In this document: positions 57,430-64,000 of the stretch, in pieces
Layout: the number at the start of each line of letters is the position of its first letter
How positions within the stretch are numbered: position 1 is the stretch's first letter
Assembly: GCA_965660665.1 (NCBI GenBank)
Contig: CBFIAY010000003.1
Coordinates: 161,265 to 225,264 of the forward strand
Source: Roseivirga sp.
Lineage (GTDB): Bacteria > Bacteroidota > Bacteroidia > Cytophagales > Cyclobacteriaceae
Reading direction: 5' to 3'
DNA: 64,000 nucleotides
Position numbers and translations under genes: made by a program
The notes under the pieces: model-generated
Seen by the model: the letters and a program-made list of their open reading frames with translations, nothing else
Database searches by the model: none
Told to the model about the DNA's origin: nothing

Positions 57430-59795
57430 TGTTATACCCGAATAATCTAGAGCAAAAGCTGGGTTTTGACAAGGTCAGACAGCACATACAATCATTTTGC
57501 GAGAGTAACTTAGGAAGTCAATACGTTGATAAGATTGCGTTCTCTTCGAGTAAAGAAAATATAGAAGAGTGGCTTGCCCAAACCGATGAGTTTGTAAAGA
57601 TCATTCAGAGCGGTGAGCTTTTCCCTAACTCGAATTACATTGATATCTCGCCTTACTTCGCGAAGATAAAAGTACAAGATGCCTTCTTGTCAGAGGAAGA
57701 ATTATTCGATGTGGTTCTAGCATTGAAGACATTGGATAAGTGCTTGGACTTCTTTAGAGACAAAAGAGAGGATTATCCCATTTTATCAGAGTTGACTCAT
57801 CCGGTATATTTTAATTCAGATGTGCTTTGGTCGCTTGATCGCGTACTTGACGACAGGGGTAAACTTAAAGATAATGCCAGCGATCGGCTGTATGAAATCA
57901 GAAAAGGAATTGCAGCGGAAAGACAGCGTCTTCGTGGAGCACTTGACAGAATTATAGCGCATACAAAGCGTGAAGGATATTCGCCTGATGATTTATCGAT
58001 TACCATCAGGAATGGGCGAATGGTGATCCCGATGTTTGCGGAGCATAAGCGTAGAATCAAGGGTTTGATTCATGGAGAATCTGCCACAGGTCAAACGATA
58101 TTCCTAGAGCCTACAGAAGTTTTTGAAATCAATAATGAAGTCCAAGAGCTTGAATATGCTGAACAGCGTGAAGTTGCTAAAATCCTTATCGAACTTACGG
58201 ATCTATTACGCCCAGAAGTAGAGGGCCTAATGGGCATTATGAAGTTTTTGGGTCTAATCGATTTCATTCGTGCCAAGGCAAGATTGGCAATTGATATTGA
58301 TGCTTGCAAACCCTTGTGGTCCAATACCAAGCAGTTTCAATGGCAGAATGCCAAACACCCTGTTTTGCTTAAAGGACATCGAGAGCTTAATAAGGAAGTC
58401 GTGCCACTGAACATTGGACTGAGCGTTGATGCCAGGATTCTCTTAATTTCTGGACCAAATGCTGGAGGAAAAAGTGTTTGCCTGAAGACGGTTGGGCTGC
58501 TACAATACATGTTTCAATGCGGTCTATTGGTTTCAGTTGATGAAGTTTCAGAATTCACTGTTTTCAAAGATTTATTCATTGATATCGGTGACGAACAGTC
58601 CATCGAAAATGATCTGAGTACTTATAGTTCTCACCTGATTAACATGAAAAACTTGTTGATTCATGTCAACAAAAAGAGCCTCTTCCTGATCGATGAATTT
58701 GGTACGGGTACGGAACCTCAATATGGAGGCGCCATTGCCGAGGCTATCCTCACCGAGCTGACCGCTTCGAATGGAATGGGCATCATTACTACGCATTATG
58801 GTAACCTGAAGGAATATGCCGATAAGAACCCGGGTTTGCAGAACGGTGCGATGCGTTATGATATTCAGAAGCTGCAACCGCTTTACGAATTAGAAATTGG
58901 TAAACCGGGTAGCTCATTTGCACTCGAGATTGCCACTAAGATTGGCTTGCCGAAATCTACTATTGATCAAGCGAAGAAAAAGGTAGGCGTGAAGCAAGTG
59001 TCTTTCGATCAGATGCTAGGACAGCTGCAAGCGCAAAAGCAAGAAATAACCAGAGCAGAGCAGCGCATTAAGCAGCGTGAAACGGACCTGACTGAGTTGA
59101 CAACTCAATATCAAGACCTAAAGAGTCATCTAGAAAAGCAGGAGAAGAAGATCTTGAACAAGGCGAAGCAAGAAGCGACACAGATTGTTCAGGATGCGAA
59201 TAAGGAGGTTGAGAAGGCCATCCGTGTGATCAAGGAAAAGAAAGCTGATAAAGTAGTCGTAAAGCAGCAGCGAGAAAAGTTAGCCGAAGTCAAAAAGAAG
59301 AATGTCGTCAAAGCCGAGGTGAATGCCCAAGCTGATGATGAAATGAAAGTGGGTGAATATGTACGCGTGATCGGTCAAGACACGGTTGGACAGATCGCTG
59401 CCATAAAAGGCAAGGATGCTGAGTTGAAGATGGGGGCATTAACCTCTTTCGTCAAGCTCAGTCGCTTAGAGAAAGTCAATAAGAAAGCATTCAAACAGCA
59501 AAGCCAAGTATCATCCTATTCAGGCTTCGACTATACTTCCAAGCGCGCGAATTTCAATGCTAAAATAGACCTGCGTGGTAAGCGCGCAGAGGAGGTGATT
59601 TCTTTACTCGATTCATGGCTGGACGAAGCCATTCTATTGGATGCTAAAGAGCTTCAAGTGCTCCATGGTAAAGGAAATGGCGTTTTAAGACAGATTACCC
59701 GCAATCACCTCGGTACCTTCAAAGAAGTAGCCTCTTGCCGCGATGAACATGTAGAGCGTGGCGGAGCAGGGATTACGGTTGTGGTGTTGAGGTAG
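57429..59795 (+). CDS. mutS2: Endonuclease MutS2
   Basis: SATGQT, GPNAGGKS, IGDEQSI, DEFGTGT, ITTHY, C-terminal Smr (DLRG, HGKG). Confidence 0.95.
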   Translation: MLYPNNLEQKLGFDKVRQHIQSFCESNLGSQYVDKIAFSSSKENIEEWLAQTDEFVKIIQSGELFPNSNYIDISPYFAKIKVQDAFLSEEELFDVVLALKTLDKCLDFFRDKREDYPILSELTHPVYFNSDVLWSLDRVLDDRGKLKDNASDRLYEIRKGIAAERQRLRGALDRIIAHTKREGYSPDDLSITIRNGRMVIPMFAEHKRRIKGLIHGESATGQTIFLEPTEVFEINNEVQELEYAEQREVAKILIELTDLLRPEVEGLMGIMKFLGLIDFIRAKARLAIDIDACKPLWSNTKQFQWQNAKHPVLLKGHRELNKEVVPLNIGLSVDARILLISGPNAGGKSVCLKTVGLLQYMFQCGLLVSVDEVSEFTVFKDLFIDIGDEQSIENDLSTYSSHLINMKNLLIHVNKKSLFLIDEFGTGTEPQYGGAIAEAILTELTASNGMGIITTHYGNLKEYADKNPGLQNGAMRYDIQKLQPLYELEIGKPGSSFALEIATKIGLPKSTIDQAKKKVGVKQVSFDQMLGQLQAQKQEITRAEQRIKQRETDLTELTTQYQDLKSHLEKQEKKILNKAKQEATQIVQDANKEVEKAIRVIKEKKADKVVVKQQREKLAEVKKKNVVKAEVNAQADDEMKVGEYVRVIGQDTVGQIAAIKGKDAELKMGALTSFVKLSRLEKVNKKAFKQQSQVSSYSGFDYTSKRANFNAKIDLRGKRAEEVISLLDSWLDEAILLDAKELQVLHGKGNGVLRQITRNHLGTFKEVASCRDEHVERGGAGITVVVLR

Positions 59796-59807
59796 GCCTT
59801 ACCCTCT

Positions 59808-59834
59808 CTGGTCTTAGCGTCTCGCTGAGACCAG
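59808..59834. repeat. 12-bp hairpin downstream of mutS2 (terminator or REP-like)
   Basis: CTGGTCTTAGCG-TCT-CGCTGAGACCAG (one G.U). Confidence 0.6.
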
Positions 59835-59870
59835 CCAAGCTTAGTTTGCTTCTTCGTTTACATAATTAGG

Positions 59871-59895
59871 AGATTCCAGCCTGTGCGTGAATGAC
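59871..59895. repeat. Degenerate REP-like unit
   Basis: AGATTCCAGCCTGTGCGTGAATGAC: ATTC...GAAT arms ending TGAC; resembles AGATTCCTGCCTGCGCAGGAATGAC-type repeats (recall). Confidence 0.45.
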
Positions 59896-59913
59896 GGTCT
59901 GTATTGTGGTTAT

Positions 59914-61179
59914 TTATCTAAACCTTTCAAAAGCAGCTTTCTCCAAATCTTTCCGATGATTAGGATGTGCAATTTCAATCAATGATTTAGCGCGTTGCCT
60001 AAGGTTTTTACCATATAAATTCGCCACACCATACTCGGTCACAACATATTGAACGTGAGCACGGGTAGTTACCACGCCAGCACCAGACTTCAGCACGTGA
60101 GAGATTTTTGATTCTCCTCTTCGTGTCGTGGAGGTTAAAGCGATAATCGGTTTGCCACCCTTAGAAAGCGAAGCCCCTCTAATAAAGTCCATCTGTCCAC
60201 CGACACCTGAGTACATTTTAGTACCAATAGAATCCGCGCAAACCTGCCCTGTGAGATCGACTTCGATGGCACTGTTGATACTTATCATATTGTCAATCTT
60301 ACGAATCACCTTTGTATCATTGACGTACTCGATGTCCAGCATGCGTATGACAGGATTGTCATCCACGAAGTCGTAAAGCTTGCGACTGCCAATCATAAAA
60401 CCTGAGACTAAAAAGTCCCGATGAAGTTTTTTATACTTATTGGTAATCACACCTTTTTCCATCAGTGGGATCACACCATCTGAAAACATCTCAGTATGAA
60501 CACCAAGGTCTTTGTGGTTTCCTAAACAAGAAAGTACTGCGTCTGGAATGGCACCAATGCCCATTTGTAATGTAGCCCTGTCGTCAATAAGGCCCGCAAT
60601 ATGTTGGCCTATAGCGGCTTCCTCAGGTGTTATGGTATGTGGAAATAATTCGGGTAGTTCTGTTACAGTTTCAAAATACCTTGTGATGTCATTTATATGA
60701 ATCATTCCGTCTCCATGCGTTCTTGGCATTCTTGGGTTCACTTGCGCGATGATCACGGAAGCACAATCTACGGCCGCTTTTGTTGCGTCAATAGAAACCC
60801 CCAATGAACAATAGCCATGAATGTCTGGTGGTGAAACTTGGATCAAAACTACATCTACGGGGACCACACCAGAACGGATCATAATTGGTACCTCACTCAA
60901 AAAGCAAGGAATGAAGTTGATGCGCCCAGCCACATGCGCTTGTCTAACATTGCCTCCTAGAAATAAGGAATTAACCTCGAATGATTCGTAGTGTGCTTCA
61001 TCTGCATATGGAGCATTTCCTTCCGTATGCATATGATAGATTTTTACGTTCTTGAGTTCAGGAGCACGTTGTGACATGGCTTCCACCAAATGAACAGGGG
61101 TAGCGGCAGCAGTGTGTACAAAAATAGATTGACCTGATTCGATTATGGATACAGCCTCTAGGGCAGAATTGACCTTCAT
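59914..61179 (-). CDS. Acetyl-CoA hydrolase / 4-hydroxybutyrate CoA-transferase family
   Basis: HTAAATP, LQMGIGAIP, HTEM (catalytic Glu), SGVGGQMDF, VVTEYG, IAHP. Confidence 0.92.
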   Translation of the reverse strand: MKVNSALEAVSIIESGQSIFVHTAAATPVHLVEAMSQRAPELKNVKIYHMHTEGNAPYADEAHYESFEVNSLFLGGNVRQAHVAGRINFIPCFLSEVPIMIRSGVVPVDVVLIQVSPPDIHGYCSLGVSIDATKAAVDCASVIIAQVNPRMPRTHGDGMIHINDITRYFETVTELPELFPHTITPEEAAIGQHIAGLIDDRATLQMGIGAIPDAVLSCLGNHKDLGVHTEMFSDGVIPLMEKGVITNKYKKLHRDFLVSGFMIGSRKLYDFVDDNPVIRMLDIEYVNDTKVIRKIDNMISINSAIEVDLTGQVCADSIGTKMYSGVGGQMDFIRGASLSKGGKPIIALTSTTRRGESKISHVLKSGAGVVTTRAHVQYVVTEYGVANLYGKNLRQRAKSLIEIAHPNHRKDLEKAAFERFR

Positions 61180-61346
61180 TGTTTTTTTTTCAAAAGTGGG
61201 TATTACATATTAGCCATATACTGATGAAAATCAGGTTTTGGTATAATTCTTTAGCTAAGGTTAAGAACAATTTTTTTTAATTTCACTTAGATGTAAGTGG
61301 ATGATCCTAGAATACTAAGAATCGCCGCCTTTAAATCGCGTGTAGT

Positions 61347-61356
61347 CAAACGTTTG
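61347..61356. promoter_or_regulatory. LacI-type palindromic operator candidate upstream of glgP
   Basis: CAAACGTTTG perfect palindrome with central CG. Confidence 0.5.
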
Positions 61357-61402
61357 CATGAATCTTTTTTATAGCACGTCTCATGTGCTCAACCGTTTCG
61401 GT

Positions 61403-61410
61403 TACTTTTG
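61403..61410 (+). promoter_or_regulatory. -7 promoter box for glgP
   Basis: TACTTTTG, 19 nt upstream of the ATG. Confidence 0.55.
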
Positions 61411-61429
61411 GCCTTTATAAAATCAAGAG

Positions 61430-63073
61430 ATGAAATTCAAACACCCTTATAAATTTGGTAAAGGTTACGAGAAATCAGTAGCCTATTTTTCAATGGAATT
61501 TGCCATTGATCAACCTTTGAAAATATATTCTGGAGGCCTCGGATTTTTGGCAGGTTCTCATATGAGAAGTGCTTATGATTTAAAGCAAAACATGGTTGGT
61601 ATCGGTATCCTTTGGAAATATGGGTACTATGACCAGGGTCGGAAACATAACAATGAATTGGATGCGCTTTGGCAAGAGCGTCACTATAACTTTTTAGAAG
61701 ACACTGGACTCGAATTAGAAGTAAATGTTAATCACCATCCAGTGAAGGTGAAGGTATTCTACCTAGCTCCAGATGTATTTGGTTCTGCTCCAATGTTCTT
61801 GCTTTCTACAGATCATCCAGAGAATGATCATCTAGCTCAGACGATTACACATAAGCTTTATGACAATAACATCTCTACAAGAATCGCTCAGTATATCTTA
61901 CTTGGAATCGGTGGTGCAAAATTACTTGAAGCCATCAATCATAATGTTGAGCAATATCACTTCAACGAGGCGCATGCTTTGCCGGCAGCTTTCCGTTTGA
62001 TGGAAAAATTAGGGGATATTGAAAAGGTTAAAGAACAGCTTGTATTTACCACACATACTCCTGTAAAGGCGGGTAATGAGGTCAATGACCCTTACATGCT
62101 GCATAATATGGGTTTCTTCAATGGGTTTTCAATCCAAGAAGTAGAAGAGATGGTAGGTTTTGAAAACGGAATGTTTAACCATACCCTTGCAGCGCTGCGG
62201 ATGTCGAAGGTCTCTAATGCAGTTTCGAAGAAGCATTGTGAGGTTTCAAAGGAAATGTGGGGCGGATTTGATGGTGTTTGCGATATTATCCCAATTACCA
62301 ACGCTCAGAATAAAGCCTATTGGACTGATTCAGAATTGGAAAAGTCACATGCTAAAAAAGACGACAAGAAGTTTCTGAAACGGAAGATTGAACTGAAGCA
62401 GGAGCTTTTCAAATTTGTGGCAGACCAAACAGGAAAGATTCTCGATCCGAACGTTTTGACGATAGTTTGGGCAAGACGATTTGCTGGATATAAAAGAGCG
62501 GATTTGATTGCTCGTGATGTCGAGCGTTTTGAAAAGCTATTGAATAATAAAGACTATCCAGTTCAGATTATCTGGGCAGGTAAGCCTTATCCATTAGATC
62601 ATGGTGCAGTGAGTACTTTTAACTGGTTAGTACACTTTACAAGGAAGTATCATAACGCTACTATTTTAACTGGTTATGAATTAAGCCTTTCGGCTTTGAT
62701 GAAGAAGGGGTCTGATGTATGGTTGAACAACCCGAGGATTCCACTGGAAGCATCGGGTACTTCAGGGATGACAGCGGCTATGAACGGTTCTTTAAACTTT
62801 TCTACCAATGATGGTTGGATCCTAGAGTTCGGTGAGCACGGTAAAAATGGTTTTGTAATTCCAGAAGTAGATACTACACTTCCAGAAGGTGAGCAAGATC
62901 AGCACGATGCAGATCACATGATGCGCATATTGGAAGACGAGATCGTTCCAATGTATTATACAGATCAAAAGGCCTGGGCTGCCATGAACTATCAGAGCAT
63001 GGATGATGTCGATAAATATTTTAGAGCATCTCGTATGGCGGATGAGTATTATAAAAAGCTATACAATCACTAA
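61430..63073 (+). CDS. glgP: Short alpha-glucan phosphorylase (GT35) homologue with PLP-Lys replaced by Thr
   Basis: YFSMEF, YSGGLGFLAG, HFNEAH, TTHTP, ARRFAGYKR, EASGTSGMTAAMNG; 547 aa. Confidence 0.88.
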   Translation: MKFKHPYKFGKGYEKSVAYFSMEFAIDQPLKIYSGGLGFLAGSHMRSAYDLKQNMVGIGILWKYGYYDQGRKHNNELDALWQERHYNFLEDTGLELEVNVNHHPVKVKVFYLAPDVFGSAPMFLLSTDHPENDHLAQTITHKLYDNNISTRIAQYILLGIGGAKLLEAINHNVEQYHFNEAHALPAAFRLMEKLGDIEKVKEQLVFTTHTPVKAGNEVNDPYMLHNMGFFNGFSIQEVEEMVGFENGMFNHTLAALRMSKVSNAVSKKHCEVSKEMWGGFDGVCDIIPITNAQNKAYWTDSELEKSHAKKDDKKFLKRKIELKQELFKFVADQTGKILDPNVLTIVWARRFAGYKRADLIARDVERFEKLLNNKDYPVQIIWAGKPYPLDHGAVSTFNWLVHFTRKYHNATILTGYELSLSALMKKGSDVWLNNPRIPLEASGTSGMTAAMNGSLNFSTNDGWILEFGEHGKNGFVIPEVDTTLPEGEQDQHDADHMMRILEDEIVPMYYTDQKAWAAMNYQSMDDVDKYFRASRMADEYYKKLYNH

Positions 63074-63101
63074 TCAGGACTGAAAAATTTCATATTATTG
63101 T

Positions 63102-63130
63102 ATCGGCAGACTTAGGTCTGCCGATTTTTT
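63102..63130 (+). terminator. Intrinsic terminator-like hairpin abutting the tRNA 5' end
   Basis: ATCGGCAGAC-TTAG-GTCTGCCGAT followed by TTTTT. Confidence 0.75.
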
Positions 63131-63205
63131 GGGGTATTAGCTCAGTTGGTTTAGAGCGCTGCCTTGACAGGGCAGAGGTCACTGGTTCGAATCCAGTATG
63201 TCCCA
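63131..63205 (+). tRNA. tRNA-Val (anticodon GAC), CCA not encoded
   Basis: Acceptor GGGGTAT/ATGTCCC+A73, D arm GCTC/GAGC, anticodon arm CTGCC-TTGACAG-GGCAG, T arm ACTGG-TTCGAAT-CCAGT. Confidence 0.97.
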
Positions 63206-63211
63206 CTTTCC

Positions 63212-63237
63212 AAAAGCCACCCGAAAGGTGGCTTTTT
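63212..63237 (+). terminator. Intrinsic terminator of tRNA-Val
   Basis: AAAAGCCACC-CGAAA-GGTGGCTTTTT. Confidence 0.85.
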
Positions 63238-63263
63238 GCATTAAGTTTGGACTGGATTCTAAC

Positions 63264-63343
63264 CACTGGTTCGAAATCGATTTTAGGAGCTTCACCAAGT
63301 ATGGTGCGGCATGGATTGCGCGCATGAGTAATCCAGTATGTCC
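63264..63343 (+). repeat. Split direct-repeat copy of the tRNA-Val T-arm/3' end
   Basis: 63264-63275 equals 63180-63191 (12 bp); 63330-63343 equals 63190-63203 (14 bp). Confidence 0.8.
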
Positions 63344-63412
63344 TAGGGATAAAGATGCGTTTTGAGTGCATTTTTTGGTTACGCTATTTTGAGAGACCTG
63401 ACACTAAGCCTG

Positions 63413-63643
63413 TCAGAATGGACTACCTGACTTTGGTTTCCGTTTTATCAGCCTAAAGCCAAAGTACAAGCCTCCGAGTGCTAAATAAAACGCTCCGAAC
63501 CATGCAAAAGTAAAATCTGGCTGATCGCTCGTTAAGAAATCGTAGGCTAGCACAATAAAATAAGGTACGCTGGTAAGAATGAAAAGCGGAACTGCTAGTT
63601 TGTGTGCTGGCAGCGCTTCGACTTGTAGGTGTTTTTCTTCCAT
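63413..63643 (-). CDS. Small two-TM membrane protein
   Basis: 76 aa, two hydrophobic helices, basic C-tail; fills the intergenic gap. Confidence 0.5.
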   Translation of the reverse strand: MEEKHLQVEALPAHKLAVPLFILTSVPYFIVLAYDFLTSDQPDFTFAWFGAFYLALGGLYFGFRLIKRKPKSGSPF

Positions 63644-63720
63644 TTAATTGAGTTGAACTGGATACCTTAACGCTCCGACCTGTTACTTGTTTTAGCATTT
63701 CGTATGAACGGTAAAAAAGA

Positions 63721-63749
63721 AAGCCCCACCAAAAAAAAATGGTAGGGCT
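63721..63749 (-). terminator. Terminator of the peptidase gene
   Basis: Minus strand AGCCCTACCA...TGGTGGGGCT followed by TTCTTTTTT. Confidence 0.7.
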
Positions 63750-63771
63750 CAAAACTTCAATCTTACGAAGA

Positions 63772-64000
63772 CTAATTGCCGCCTTTCTTGAACTTATCAA
63801 AACGAGAGTCACGCTTGTTTTTATTAGGGAAAACGTTATTCTCCATATCTACATCTGCCAATTCCTTGAAAGGGTCAAATAGAATACTATCGACTTCTTT
63901 GTCTTTTACAAAGAGTTTAGTGACTTCACTTTCATTTCTTCTCCAAATTTCTGCAGGGATTCTCTCTATCTCTTTGCTTCCATCTTTGTAAGTCCATTCA
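63772..64000 (-). CDS. 3' end of a probable M1 family aminopeptidase (partial)
   Basis: Manual translation EWTYKDGSKEIERIPAEIWRRNESEVTKLF...FDPFKELADVDMENNVFP...GGN*; resembles Bacteroidota M1 peptidase C-termini (recall). Confidence 0.65.
   Translation of the reverse strand, partial: EWTYKDGSKEIERIPAEIWRRNESEVTKLFVKDKEVDSILFDPFKELADVDMENNVFPNKNKRDSRFDKFKKGGN

Noticed and set aside
58572-58877. 101-aa minus-strand ORF and the other short nested ORFs in the track
   Set aside because: They lie wholly within well-supported genes, mostly antisense, and show no motifs.
61221-61234. CTGATGA...GAAA as a hammerhead ribozyme core
   Set aside because: No stem II between the motifs and no stems I/III; it is just CTGAT-GAAA-ATCAG.
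63090-63371. 93-aa minus-strand ORF
   Set aside because: Antisense to the tRNA and its terminators; a typical tRNA shadow ORF.
1-64000. CRISPR array, prophage, IS transposase or integrase
   Set aside because: No regularly spaced direct repeats and no ORF with Cas, phage, DDE, HUH or tyrosine/serine recombinase motifs was seen.

Overview
A gene-dense, mostly housekeeping chromosomal segment of a Bacteroidota bacterium. The TAnnTTTG promoter boxes and gene content point to a Cytophagales-type organism (inference). It holds about 68 CDSs, including lptD, amidase, mlaD, folB, pepX, dtd, gcvT, rnhB, prfB, ilvE, gatC, pyrE, coaD, yggS, mutS2 and glgP, plus one tRNA-Val(GAC). I found no CRISPR array, prophage, transposase or integrase. 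Main points of interest: (1) the 547-aa glucan phosphorylase has Thr in place of the PLP-binding Lys (EASGTSGMT) while the other active-site motifs are intact; (2) the tRNA-Val 3' arm is repeated just downstream in two pieces split at the T-loop, inside a possible ~120-nt small RNA; (3) a 70-codon Zn-ribbon gene missed by the ORF track carries one in-frame TAG and sits behind an IscA-like protein lacking its CGC motif and an ATP-grasp ligase; (4) a truncated globin is translationally coupled to a PLP trans-sulfuration lyase; (5) prfB has the +1 frameshift cassette; (6) there are REP-like hairpins and several probable leaderless starts. All family assignments come from reading motifs by eye; no searches were run.
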